Shown: positions 1 to 9,432, counted from the stretch's first letter. The stretch: 54,649 nt of DNA from Gemmatimonadota bacterium (GCA_039590175.1 JBDHFW010000001.1:1-54649); one strand, 5' to 3'. The notes: a model not told the origin generated them from the letters alone. Numbers and translations are program-made.

Positions 1-276
1 GAGGCCGTGAACATGCTCATGGCGGGAGCGATCGACGCGCTCGTGGCGGACATGCCGATCTGTTTGCTCTCTCTGATGCGCTTCCCGAACGAGGGCCTGG
101 CCACGTTGCGGGAGCCGCTCACCATCGAGCCCATCGGCATCGCGATGCCGGGCAGCGATCTGATGCTCCGCAACCTCATGGACAACTATCTCGACGCGTT
201 CGAGAAGACGGGGATCCTCGAGCAGCTGCGTAAGAAATGGTTGGAGGACGGCGCCTGGATCGCCGCTCTTCCCTGA
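1..276 (+). CDS. C-terminal fragment of a periplasmic solute-binding protein (family 3, polar amino-acid ABC type); the 5' end lies outside the window
   Basis: The frame is open from nt 1. The tail ...EPIGIAMPGSDLMLRNLMDNYLDAFEKTGILEQLRKKWLEDGAW resembles the C-terminal lobe of SBP_bac_3 proteins. A strong hairpin follows. Confidence 0.6.
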   Translation, partial: EAVNMLMAGAIDALVADMPICLLSLMRFPNEGLATLREPLTIEPIGIAMPGSDLMLRNLMDNYLDAFEKTGILEQLRKKWLEDGAWIAALP

Positions 277-312
277 GAGACGGTTTCGAGCCCCTCATCG
301 ACACCTCTTGAG

Positions 313-345
313 CGCGGGGAGCCCTCCTGGCGAGGGTTCCTCGCG
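313..345 (+). terminator. Stem-loop downstream of the SBP gene (possible intrinsic terminator)
   Basis: A 14-bp stem (CGCGGGGAGCCCTC / GAGGGTTCCTCGCG, two G-U pairs) with a 5-nt loop lies about 35 nt after the stop codon. The trailing T-tract is weak, so the function is uncertain. Confidence 0.4.
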
Positions 346-559
346 TAAGACTTTCCACCACACGCGGATATAAGAACTTCCCGACTCCCTCATATCCTCC
401 GTTCGTGGCATCGTTGTGTCGCCGACAGATTCCGTCGTTTTCGCCTCGTTCGCCTGGCGGGCGCCTGCGGCGGTTTCAGATGTGAATAGATCGTCGTAGA
501 TCACCCGGCGGGCGCGGCTCGAGCCTCGTCCGACCCGCGGGTGGGAAAGTCGGAAGACC

Positions 560-1282
560 GTGTCTCCTGCGCGTGCGGCTTCGGCGGCAGCTGCGTATCT
601 TTGCTCCGCGCTCCTTCTCTCCACCCTCTCAGCCACCCCGCTCCGGGCACAGGACGATCCGAGCGACCGGCTCGGAACCTGGCTCCAGTACTTCGGGGAC
701 AACCGGATCAGCGATCGCTTCAGCATCCATACGGAGGTGGAGTACTGGACCTGGGAGGCCGCCTCCGATCCGCTTGTGCTGATCCTCCGGCCGGCCGTCA
801 ACTTCCACCTGAACAGCGGGCCGTTCTTCAGCTTGGGCTACAGCTACGTGAAGAGCTGGCCGTTCGCCGAGGAGGGCATCGGCACCACACAGAACCACTT
901 CTTCCAGCAGCTCATCCTTCGAAGCCCGGTGTGGCGAGTCCGGCTCTTCCACAGGTATCGGTTCGAGGAGAGGTGGATCCGGTTCGACGAGGCCGAGGAG
1001 ACCGACTTCTCCACCCGGCTCAGGTACATGTTCCTGGTTCAGTTTCCGTTGACCCGGAAGACGATCCAGTCGAACACCCTCTTCCTCGCCTCCTACAACG
1101 AGCTCTTCATCAACACGGGCGGCCGCGAGAGGGCCTTCGACCAGAACCGGGTCTACGTCGCACTGGCCTATCAGATCACCCGCACCATGTGCTTCCACAC
1201 GGGCTTTCTGTGGCAGATCTTCCAGGATCGGACCTTCCGTCGGCTGCAGTTCGCCTTTTTCTTCAATCCTGATCTCCGCTGA
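560..1282 (+). CDS. DUF2490-like outer-membrane beta-barrel protein
   Basis: GTG start. Signal peptide ending ...SATPLRAQ. Alternating aromatic/hydrophobic strand pattern, W/Y-rich motifs (LGTWLQYFG, HRYRFEERW) and a length of about 240 aa, all typical of DUF2490. Confidence 0.6.
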   Translation: MSPARAASAAAAYLCSALLLSTLSATPLRAQDDPSDRLGTWLQYFGDNRISDRFSIHTEVEYWTWEAASDPLVLILRPAVNFHLNSGPFFSLGYSYVKSWPFAEEGIGTTQNHFFQQLILRSPVWRVRLFHRYRFEERWIRFDEAEETDFSTRLRYMFLVQFPLTRKTIQSNTLFLASYNELFINTGGRERAFDQNRVYVALAYQITRTMCFHTGFLWQIFQDRTFRRLQFAFFFNPDLR

Positions 1283-1414
1283 GGGGTCGATCCGCCCGAG
1301 GCCGGCTGAGATCGCGGTAACGCCTGGCGCCGAGCGATGGCGGAGTGAAGATTCCCGCACGCATACGCCCGGTTTCTACGGGAAGCAGGACCGGAGCAGA
1401 AGGGGATTCGAGCG

Positions 1415-1978
1415 ATGGAAGACCGATGGAGCGCCCGCATCATCATGGTCTCGCTGCTGATCCTTGTCGCCGTGGCGGCTTCGGCGGGCCCGGCGCAGGC
1501 GCAGTTCGCCGGGCGGCTGCAGGGCGGATACGGCTTCGGCGACGGGTACGGCGGCATGGTCGGCGGCTCGGTCGGGATCGAGTTCCCGCTGCTCTTCGGC
1601 CAGCCGGCCTACGTCGGTCCCTGGGCCATGTACAACGGCGGCGGGACGTTCCTACGCGATGGCGACATCTTGGATCAGAAATCCACCTTCCTGGGCATCG
1701 AGGGTGGGGGCGCGTTCCTGGACAAGCCCTTCATGATCCGGGGGGCCGGCAACATCGCGGCGGCGTTCATCACCACCAGGATCCCGGGCCAGGAGAAGAT
1801 CAGCGAGACCGCGCTGGATCTGTCGGGCGGTGTGGCGTTCGGCTACCAGCTGGGGCACTGGTACGTCGCGGCCGAGCCCTACACGTTCCTCATCGTCGGC
1901 TCCGACAACATGGGCGCTTCCTTCAACCTGTTCCTCACCGTCGGCTTCCGGCCCGAAGTAAAGAACAAGGAGGAGTAG
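1415..1978 (+). CDS. Small secreted glycine-rich beta-barrel-type outer-membrane protein (hypothetical)
   Basis: A GAAGGGGA SD-like element lies upstream. Signal peptide ...AASAGPAQAQ. Gly/aromatic-rich amphipathic strands. No family recognised. Confidence 0.55.
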   Translation: MEDRWSARIIMVSLLILVAVAASAGPAQAQFAGRLQGGYGFGDGYGGMVGGSVGIEFPLLFGQPAYVGPWAMYNGGGTFLRDGDILDQKSTFLGIEGGGAFLDKPFMIRGAGNIAAAFITTRIPGQEKISETALDLSGGVAFGYQLGHWYVAAEPYTFLIVGSDNMGASFNLFLTVGFRPEVKNKEE

Positions 1979-2269
1979 ATGGCCATTCGAGTCGTTGCTC
2001 ACCTGCAGGCTCATGCCGAGAAGGCGAGCGAGCTTCGAGAGCTGCTGGAGGGTCTCGTGGTTCCGACCCGGCAGGAGGTCGGCTGCGTCAGCTACGAGAT
2101 GCTGGAGAGCCTGGAGGACCCGGCGAAGTTCACCTTCGTCGAGGAGTGGACGAGCGAGGAGGCGCTCCAGGCCCATTTCGAGACCGAGCACATCCAGAGC
2201 GCCCTCGCGCACTTCCCGGATCTCCTCGCCGCGGACCTGGATCTCCGGACGTACCAAGTCGTGCGTTGA
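1979..2269 (+). CDS. Antibiotic-biosynthesis-monooxygenase (ABM) domain protein / putative quinol monooxygenase
   Basis: 96 aa with an IRVVAHLQA...FTFVEEWTSEEALQAHFETEH pattern characteristic of the ABM ferredoxin-like fold (YgiN type). The ATG directly abuts the TAG of the upstream OMP gene. Confidence 0.7.
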   Translation: MAIRVVAHLQAHAEKASELRELLEGLVVPTRQEVGCVSYEMLESLEDPAKFTFVEEWTSEEALQAHFETEHIQSALAHFPDLLAADLDLRTYQVVR

Positions 2270-2457
2270 CGCCTCGGCGCGTCGGCCGGCCGAGCGTGCT
2301 CGGCACGGCTCGCGCCCCGGGGATCAGTAGGTAGCATGCCGGGTATCTGAGAGTTTCCCACCCTAGCCCCGCGCGGCCGGGGCCTTCACGATCAGTAGCT
2401 CCATCCGAGGAATCAACGATTATCGACCTGGACACACATCGCGCGACCTTCGCCGAA

Positions 2458-3675
2458 TTGGGGTTGGCGCCGAGGCTGCTGGACGCCGTCCTGCGCGCCG
2501 GCTACACCCGGCCCACGGAGATCCAGCGTCAGGCCGTCCCGGCGGCTCTGGAGGGCCGGGACCTGCTGGCGACCGCCAACACGGGAACGGGGAAGACCGC
2601 GGCGTTCACCCTTCCGATGATTCAGCGTCTGAGCGAGGACGCCGTTCACGGCAGACCCAGAGGACTCGTCATCACCCCGACGCGCGAGCTCGCGCAGCAG
2701 GTTGGCGCCGCGATCGAGACCTATGCGGTTACCTCCGATGTGGAGTGCGTGGTCGTGCACGGCGGGACGCACGTCGGATCCGAGGCACGGGAGCTCGGCT
2801 ACGGCTGTGACGTGCTCGTCGCCACACCCGGTAGGCTCCTCGACCACATACGCCGGGGCTCGGCGGACCTCTCGGAGGTGGACGTCCTGGTGCTGGACGA
2901 GGCCGACCGCATGCTGGACATGGGGTTCATCGACGATGTGAAGACGATCGTCCGTGCCACCCCCCGCTCCCGGCAGACGCTGCTCTTCTCGGCCACTATG
3001 CCGGGCGGGGTCCTCTGGCTTGCGCACGAGATGATGCAAGATCCCGTGCGCGTCGAGGTGGGGCTCGAGACGGCGGCCGAAGGAATCCGGCAGGTCATTC
3101 ATCCCGTGGATTGGCCGGCCAAGCACCAGCTGCTCCTCCATCTGCTCGAGGAGAGGACTGCCGGCCAGGTACTGATCTTTACGCGCAGACGGGACACGAC
3201 GAGCTATCTCGCCGAGTATTTCGATTCGAGCGGCGTCTCGGTCGACGACCTTCACGGCGGCAAGCCCCAACGCCTGCGCGATCGGAGCCTGGAGCGCTTC
3301 CGCGCGGGAGAAACGCGGGTGCTGGTTGCCACGAACGTGGCGGCGCGAGGGCTGGACATCTGCGGGATCAGGCACGTCATCAACTTCGACGTTCCCGACG
3401 ACCCGCGGGACTATGTCCACCGCGTTGGCCGCACCGCCCGCGGGGACGACACCGGGGAAGCGGTGACCCTCATGTCGCCCAACGATTGGCACCTCGTCCG
3501 GGACATCGAGACCCTCATGGGCGAGACCATCGAGCGGGAGATCGTCCCGGAGTACGAGCCTGCGACAACGCCCCCGACTCCGGGGCCGGGCCCCGCCGCG
3601 AAGAACGGCGCCGGCTCGGACGACCGGCCGCGCTCGGCGCTGTCGAGAGGGGTCCGAAGAAGAAAAGGCCGCTAA
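2458..3675 (+). CDS. ATP-dependent DEAD-box RNA helicase (RhlE-like)
   Basis: Q-motif region (TFAELGL...PTEIQ), motif I TGTGKTAAF, motif II VLDEADRMLDMGF, SAT, HRVGRTARG and a basic C-terminal tail. The TTG start cuts into the Q-motif context, so the true start may be a non-canonical codon slightly upstream. Confidence 0.9.
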   Translation: MGLAPRLLDAVLRAGYTRPTEIQRQAVPAALEGRDLLATANTGTGKTAAFTLPMIQRLSEDAVHGRPRGLVITPTRELAQQVGAAIETYAVTSDVECVVVHGGTHVGSEARELGYGCDVLVATPGRLLDHIRRGSADLSEVDVLVLDEADRMLDMGFIDDVKTIVRATPRSRQTLLFSATMPGGVLWLAHEMMQDPVRVEVGLETAAEGIRQVIHPVDWPAKHQLLLHLLEERTAGQVLIFTRRRDTTSYLAEYFDSSGVSVDDLHGGKPQRLRDRSLERFRAGETRVLVATNVAARGLDICGIRHVINFDVPDDPRDYVHRVGRTARGDDTGEAVTLMSPNDWHLVRDIETLMGETIEREIVPEYEPATTPPTPGPGPAAKNGAGSDDRPRSALSRGVRRRKGR

Positions 3676-3717
3676 AGGGGAGGCCCGCCGGCGCGATCCC
3701 TCAGCCGCCAGCCGCGC

Positions 3718-4371
3718 TCAGTCGATCTCGCTGCCCCAGACGGTCTGGATCTTGGCCTCGCCGATCATCTGCTCCGGCGTGTAGCCCCCGAAATCGTGCC
3801 GCGGTCCGGGATACCCGATCACCTTCCATCCCGCGTAGTCCAGGTTTCCCCCGTACGATGGGTCGGCGAGGAATCCGATGATCGTGTGGGTGCAGATGAT
3901 CTGAAAGAAAGCCTCCGAGGGCGTCCGGGACGGCCACCGCCGGAGTTGCCCCGATTCGACGGCGGCCAGCACCTCGTCCTGTTGCTGCGCTCGGAGGGCC
4001 GCGAAGCCCTCTCCGAAGCGGGCCTGCGCGTCGTCGTCGATGGCCCGGAGCGCCACATGATAGAGATCCCTTTGCCCGGCTTCTTCGTAGGCGAGCGCCT
4101 TGTCGATGAAGTTGACACAGCCCGCTTCGACGGCCCCGGGATCTTCGTCCGTGGGGATGATCCGGCCGGTGATCGCCTCCACGAGCTCCCACTCGCTCTC
4201 CGAGAAGACGAGGCGGTCGGTGGATTGGCGGGCCGCTTCCAGGGCCAGCGGACGAGGTAGGGTCCACAGGAGCCAGAAGCTGCCCCCGCACACGGCGCTG
4301 CGGCCCAGAAACTCCCGGCGCGTCACCCCTGGAGGCCTCGTCAGCCTGCCCGAAACGGGCAACCGGCGCAT
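3718..4371 (-). CDS. Gluconate 2-dehydrogenase subunit 3-family small subunit with a twin-arginine signal
   Basis: Internal Met chosen as start: MRRLPVSGRLTRPPGVTRREFLGRS is a Tat motif (TRREFL). The ATG overlaps the TGA of the upstream GMC gene by 1 nt (TGATG). The 321-aa ORF in the track is an N-terminal over-extension. Confidence 0.75.
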   Translation of the reverse strand: MRRLPVSGRLTRPPGVTRREFLGRSAVCGGSFWLLWTLPRPLALEAARQSTDRLVFSESEWELVEAITGRIIPTDEDPGAVEAGCVNFIDKALAYEEAGQRDLYHVALRAIDDDAQARFGEGFAALRAQQQDEVLAAVESGQLRRWPSRTPSEAFFQIICTHTIIGFLADPSYGGNLDYAGWKVIGYPGPRHDFGGYTPEQMIGEAKIQTVWGSEID

Positions 4372-6020
4372 CACAGCGCTCCCTTCTTCGCCTCGCTCAC
4401 GAAATGCTCGGCCACCCGATATGCGTTCGCGAGGATGGTGAGGGTGGGGTTGTAACCGGCCGAGGTCGGGAAGACGCTGCCGTCCACGATCCAGAGGTTG
4501 GGGACGTCGTGGCTGCGACACCAGCGATCGACGACAGAACGCTCCGGATCGGTCCCCATCCGGCAGGTGCCCATGAGGTGCGAGCCACCTTTCATGGGCT
4601 GGTCCTCGGTCACCGTGATCGGCACCCAGCTTTCCTGGCCGCCGGCCGCGTCGGCGATCTCGAGGAGTCGCTTCTCGTACCACGCGACCATGGCCAGGTC
4701 GTTGGGATGCTGGCGATGGGTGATGCGGGGGACGGGAAGGCCGTACGTGTCGTTCACGTGGGGGTTGAGGTCGATCCGGTTCTCCTCCATCGGCAGGTCC
4801 TCGAGAAGCGCTGCCGCTCCGGCAACCCGGGGGAACTTCCGCAGGTAGTCCTTGAAGTCACTCCCCCAGGCCGGGGCTCCGTTTCGGTAGCTGTTGTGGC
4901 TGACCAGCGCGTAGGAGAGCGGCAACTTGTGGGGGAAGTTCGCCTCGATGACGACGCCGCCGCGGATGAAGCCGCGCTCCGGGTCGCTCGGATGGAGGTC
5001 GTCGATCGCCATGTGGGTCTCGAGCCCGGCGAAGCCGTGCGCCGGCTCGTCGATCAGGTAGGAGACCTGGACGACCGTGTGGAACATGAGGTTCCTGCCC
5101 ACCAGGCCGCTCGAGTTCCCGAGGCCGTCCGGAAAGGCGCCGGTCATCGACATCTGAAGAAGGTGGGGTGTGCCGATGGCGTTGCCGGCGACGATGATGT
5201 GGCGTGCGAACACCTCGCGCTCACGCCGCGTCTCCTGATCCAGATAGCGTACGCTCCGCGCGTAACCGTGCTTTCCCAGGGTGATCTCGAACGCCAGCGA
5301 GTTCGGCCGCAGGTCCAGCAATCCGGTCGCCTCGGCTCTCGGGAGTGCCACCGAGAGCGTCGTGGCTCTGGCGCCCATCGGGCAACCGAACCCCGAGCAA
5401 GCGCCGCCGTAGAGGCAGGCCGCCCGGGAATCGTAGGGTTGTGTGTTGATCGCCATCGGGGTGGGGAACGGGTGGTAACCCAGGCGGTTTGTACCACGAG
5501 CGAACCGCCGGGCCGCCGTCCGCTCGGGGACGGGGGGATTGGGGAAGCCACGCCTCCGCGGCGGGCCGAAACGGTTGGCCGCGGCATCGCCGGAGACGCC
5601 GAAATCCCACTCCGCCCGGTCGTAGTACGGCTCGAGCTCCTCGTAGTCCAGCGGCCAATCGGCCAGGCTGGCGCGGGACACGCGGCCCTCGGTCGAGCGC
5701 ACTTTGAACTCATCGGGCCGGAACCGCCAGTTCCAGCCGGCCCAGATAGTCATCGTCCCGCCCACACAATGGGCGACGTAGCTGAAGCGTCCGGTCTCCG
5801 TCGGGCCGTCAGGGGTCGACCGCCAGGTCTCGATCTGATCGGGCGAGAAGAGCCGGACCGCGCGCAACTCGTCGTCGCTCACGAAATCCTGGTTACGGAG
5901 GTAGGGTCCCCGCTGGAGGGCGACGACGCGAAAGCCGGCGGCCGTCAGCTCCCGAGTCATGACGCCGCCACCGGCTCCGGTGCCGATGACACAGACATCG
6001 AACGCTTCTCGCCGTTTCAC
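4371..6020 (-). CDS. GMC-family FAD-dependent oxidoreductase (flavoprotein subunit of a two-component periplasmic dehydrogenase)
   Basis: N-terminal FAD fingerprint DVCVIGTGAGGGV. C-terminal GMC signature region ...HLMGTCRMG....VVD...VPNLWIVDGSVFPTS. GTG start with a GGAAG SD-like element. Confidence 0.85.
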   Translation of the reverse strand: MKRREAFDVCVIGTGAGGGVMTRELTAAGFRVVALQRGPYLRNQDFVSDDELRAVRLFSPDQIETWRSTPDGPTETGRFSYVAHCVGGTMTIWAGWNWRFRPDEFKVRSTEGRVSRASLADWPLDYEELEPYYDRAEWDFGVSGDAAANRFGPPRRRGFPNPPVPERTAARRFARGTNRLGYHPFPTPMAINTQPYDSRAACLYGGACSGFGCPMGARATTLSVALPRAEATGLLDLRPNSLAFEITLGKHGYARSVRYLDQETRREREVFARHIIVAGNAIGTPHLLQMSMTGAFPDGLGNSSGLVGRNLMFHTVVQVSYLIDEPAHGFAGLETHMAIDDLHPSDPERGFIRGGVVIEANFPHKLPLSYALVSHNSYRNGAPAWGSDFKDYLRKFPRVAGAAALLEDLPMEENRIDLNPHVNDTYGLPVPRITHRQHPNDLAMVAWYEKRLLEIADAAGGQESWVPITVTEDQPMKGGSHLMGTCRMGTDPERSVVDRWCRSHDVPNLWIVDGSVFPTSAGYNPTLTILANAYRVAEHFVSEAKKGAL

Positions 6021-6254
6021 GTCGCTTCCGTTCCCGCCTCGGAGTGCGCTCGGAGATGGTCCGATCCACCTCTAAGACTCCTCAACAGGCTACGAGGATA
6101 CGGTATCAGGGCCTATCGGGAGGTGTCTGCGACACGTTGTCGGGCATTCCCCCACATGGCCCGCGTTCACCCGAAGGGTGCGAGAGGCTACCTTGTGGTA
6201 CCGGCCCTGAAAACGGGCTCCCGGTGTGACTCCGGATTGGATCGAAATGGCGAC

Positions 6255-8837
6255 ATGAGACTCGGATCGATCTTCGTCCTCGGGGCTGCTCTATCTCTCT
6301 TGGCGGCCCCTCGGGCGGCTGCCCAGAACGTGACTCCCGTCGCGCCCGACACGGTTTCCGTCGTTCCCGGTCCGGACTACGCGGCCGGCGGCTTCCACCG
6401 CTTCCTGTGGGGCGCCCACTACCGGGACGCATGGACGTCCTCCGTTCGGGTCCCGCTCCTAGATCTTTCGGTCTACGCCGGCGGGCTCACGCCGTTGAGC
6501 GCCGGCGGTGGGCTTCAGACCAAGTCTCTCTGGTTCGCGGGGGAGGACGGAAAGCCGTACGCCTTTCGCTCCGTGTACAAGAACGCGACGCCGCTCGTCC
6601 CCGAGCTTCTGCGCAACACCTTCGTGGAAAGCATCGCCCAGGATCAGATGAGCACCCAGTTCCCGGCCGGCGCCCTCGTCGCCGACTCGCTGCTCGTGGC
6701 TGCCGGCGTCCCCCATGCTCGCCCGACGCTTTGGGTGCTGCCCGATGATGCTTCGCTGGGGGAGTTCCGCGAGGAGTTCGCGGGGGTTCTGGGGCTGCTT
6801 CAGGAACGGCCGGTGGACGAGGACGAGGCGATCGCCGCGTTTGCCGGCGCCGAGGACGTCATCGGTTCAGAGGAGCTCATGGACCTCGTTCAGGGAATCC
6901 CTGCCGAGCGGGTCGATTCGCGCGCCTACCTCACCGCTCGACTCCTGGACATGCTCCTCGGCGACTGGGACCGACATGCCGATCAGTGGAAGTGGGCCAC
7001 CTTCGCCGATTCGACCCCCGGCTGGCGGCCGATCCCCCGCGACCGGGATCAGGCGTTCGCCAAGTTCGACGGGCTCCTTCCGAGCCTGGGTCGCCAGCGG
7101 TTCCCGGCCGTCTCGACCTTCCGGGAGAAGTACGGCAACGTTCTCAACCTCCATTACAACGCGCGCTTCCTGGACCGCCGATTCCTGACCGAGCTGGAGC
7201 GGGCCGCCTGGGACAACACGGCGGCGGTGCTGGCGTCGAGGCTTCCGGACGGCGTGATCGAGGGCGCGGTGGAGCGACTTCCGCCCGCGATCCAGGCGGT
7301 GGAGGGCGACTTCGTCCTCCGCTCTCTCATCAGCCGCCGCGACGGACTCCCGGAGGCGAGCTCGGAGCTCTACGCCCTGCTGGCGCGGGAGCCGTACGTC
7401 CACGCGACTGATGCGGCCGAGATCGCCGAGGTGTCCATGGCCCTCGGCGGGGGAGGAGTCGAGGTCTCGATCCGGTCGGCGGCGCCCGACTCGGAGCCGT
7501 ACTTCCGCCGCCGCTTCGAGAGAGGCGAAACGAACGAGATCCGCCTCTACCTGCACGGCGGCGATGATCGAGTGGTGTTCCGTGGGGAGCGCGGCTTCCC
7601 CATCAAGGTGCGGGTGATCGGAGGTCCGGGAGACGACGAGTTCCACTTCGCGACCCGAACCGGAAACGTCAAGCTGTACGATTGGCGAGGCAGCAACCGG
7701 GTGACGGGGGAGCGAAGCGGCGGCATCAACGCCAGACCGTATCCCGATGCGCCGCTGATTCCGCCGCCGAACTCGAAGCCCCCGCCCAGACACTGGGGCG
7801 GCATGGGATTCGGGATGGGGACGATCGGCTACAGCCCGGATTACTTCCTGATACTCGGGTACGGCTACACCTGGTTCGACTACGGCTTCCGGAAAGACCC
7901 GTATGCTTCCAAGCTGAAGCTGGATGGGCGGGTGGCGACGAAGGGAAGGGGAGCGCTCCGCTTCCAGGCCGATTTCCGGCCCGAGCACTCCTCCCTCTTC
8001 GTGCCGATCGACGTCTACGTGTCGAGTCTCGAGATTCTGCACTTCTACGGCGTCGGCAACGACACGGTGCTTCCTCCCGGGCTCGGCAGCGGGGATGACT
8101 TCTTCGACGTCAGACAGACCGTTCTCAAGGGAGAGGGCGGCCTCGGCTGGTCGTTCGGGCCGCTGGCGGATCTGGCTGTCGTCGTCTCCGGCGGGTACTC
8201 CAACACCTCCGACGACCCGGATCGCCTCATCGGAGAGCTGAACCCCTACGGCGCGGACGACTTCACGTCCCTGGGCACGCTGCTCAGGTTCGATCTCCAG
8301 ACCCGCCAGCCTGGGCTGTTCGAGCCCGCCGACCCGAGGCCTCACCTCTGGCTGCACGTCGGCGGCGGCTTCTATCCGGCAATCCTGGACGTCGCCGAGC
8401 CGTATGGGACGGCGGAGCTGGCAAGCGGGGCGGGCTTTCCGATCGGATGGCGCCAGTCGGAGTTCGCGGTGCGGGCGGGCGGCAAGAAGGTCTGGGGTCT
8501 CACGCCGTTCTACGATCTGGCCTACATCGGCGGAAACGAGAGTCTCCGCGGCTGGCCGGTGCAGCGGTTCGCGGGAGATGCGTCCCTCTACGGGAGCGGC
8601 TCACTTCGGCTGGACCTCTTCGACTACCGACTCATCTTTCCGTCCAGTTTCGGAATCCTCGGGATGTTCGATCTAGGGCGCGTCTGGGTGGAGGGAGAGT
8701 CGCCCGGCGGCTTCCACACCGGCTACGGCGGCGGGATCTGGATCGCGCTTCGGGGCACGCGCTCCATTCTCTCCATCACGTACGCCACCAGCACTCAGGA
8801 CCAGGGCCTCTATATGACGATGGGGTTCGCCTACTGA
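6255..8837 (+). CDS. 860-aa outer-membrane protein: uncharacterised N-terminal domain fused to an Omp85/BamA-TamA-type C-terminal beta-barrel
   Basis: Internal ATG with signal peptide MRLGSIFVLGAALSLLAAPRAAAQ. The C-terminus carries the Omp85-like motif GGNESLRGWPVQRF and an aromatic terminal residue (...MGFAY). The first 617 codons of the 1477-aa track ORF are antisense to the GMC gene. Confidence 0.75.
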   Translation: MRLGSIFVLGAALSLLAAPRAAAQNVTPVAPDTVSVVPGPDYAAGGFHRFLWGAHYRDAWTSSVRVPLLDLSVYAGGLTPLSAGGGLQTKSLWFAGEDGKPYAFRSVYKNATPLVPELLRNTFVESIAQDQMSTQFPAGALVADSLLVAAGVPHARPTLWVLPDDASLGEFREEFAGVLGLLQERPVDEDEAIAAFAGAEDVIGSEELMDLVQGIPAERVDSRAYLTARLLDMLLGDWDRHADQWKWATFADSTPGWRPIPRDRDQAFAKFDGLLPSLGRQRFPAVSTFREKYGNVLNLHYNARFLDRRFLTELERAAWDNTAAVLASRLPDGVIEGAVERLPPAIQAVEGDFVLRSLISRRDGLPEASSELYALLAREPYVHATDAAEIAEVSMALGGGGVEVSIRSAAPDSEPYFRRRFERGETNEIRLYLHGGDDRVVFRGERGFPIKVRVIGGPGDDEFHFATRTGNVKLYDWRGSNRVTGERSGGINARPYPDAPLIPPPNSKPPPRHWGGMGFGMGTIGYSPDYFLILGYGYTWFDYGFRKDPYASKLKLDGRVATKGRGALRFQADFRPEHSSLFVPIDVYVSSLEILHFYGVGNDTVLPPGLGSGDDFFDVRQTVLKGEGGLGWSFGPLADLAVVVSGGYSNTSDDPDRLIGELNPYGADDFTSLGTLLRFDLQTRQPGLFEPADPRPHLWLHVGGGFYPAILDVAEPYGTAELASGAGFPIGWRQSEFAVRAGGKKVWGLTPFYDLAYIGGNESLRGWPVQRFAGDASLYGSGSLRLDLFDYRLIFPSSFGILGMFDLGRVWVEGESPGGFHTGYGGGIWIALRGTRSILSITYATSTQDQGLYMTMGFAY

Positions 8838-8913
8838 GGCGGCGCGGAGCGCCGAGCTGGGGCCGCGTCTCCCGAGCCCGATCCCGCCTGACTGCCTTCG
8901 CGGTGGTGCTGAG

Positions 8914-9432
8914 CTAGCGGATCAAGGCGTCCAAACGCGACAGGTCCAAGCCCTGCTCGCGGTAGTGGGCGCGGGCGAGCTCGAGAATGGTAAAACCGTC
9001 CTCGTAGGCCGCGAAGTTGCCCTCGTCGTCGGTGAAGACCAGTGCGCCGCTTACGACGAAGAGGATGATCGCCGGCTCGGTCGCATCCTCGGGGATGACG
9101 AGTGTGTGGGACTCGCCCGAGGGCTCGAAGATGAAGGTGCCCGCCGTCGCCACCCAATCGTGCTCCAGGTACCGCCAGCTTCCCTGCAGCGTCCAGCCCT
9201 GAACGGTGCTGACGTGGTAGTGCTTCGGCACCACGGTGCCCGGAAGCGCTTTCAACACGGCCGTGAAGCCGCCGGTAGTGACATCGAAGCGGCAGGGCTG
9301 GAACCAGGCGGTCTCGCCGTAGGGCACCCAGAGGCGCTCGTCGTCGAAATCGAGGTCGGTGATGAAGTGGTCACGCCGCCGAGCGGAGGGCTCGAGGCCA
9401 TCCTCGAAGTTGGCGAGTACGTTGACGGGCAT
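8914..9432 (-). CDS. 2,4'-dihydroxyacetophenone dioxygenase-family cupin
   Basis: About 172 aa. Cupin metal motif region KHYHVSTVQGWTLQGSWRYLEHDW...FEPSGESHTL. The second ATG was chosen because GGAGG lies 7 nt upstream of it. Confidence 0.65.
   Translation of the reverse strand: MPVNVLANFEDGLEPSARRRDHFITDLDFDDERLWVPYGETAWFQPCRFDVTTGGFTAVLKALPGTVVPKHYHVSTVQGWTLQGSWRYLEHDWVATAGTFIFEPSGESHTLVIPEDATEPAIILFVVSGALVFTDDEGNFAAYEDGFTILELARAHYREQGLDLSRLDALIR

Noticed and set aside
2321-2400. A direct repeat, CCGGGG...GATCAGTAG (2 copies about 65 nt apart), in the long leader of the DEAD-box helicase gene.
   Set aside because: It is a 9-bp repeat only, with no supporting secondary structure that I could fold by eye. 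It may be part of a cold-shock-type 5' UTR, but the evidence is insufficient.
4404-6254. The first 617 codons of the 1477-aa plus-strand ORF (4404..8837).
   Set aside because: This stretch is exactly antisense to the well-supported GMC oxidoreductase and its small subunit. It has no recognisable motifs and an Arg/Gly/Val-rich shadow composition. The real gene starts at the internal ATG 6255, which has a signal peptide.
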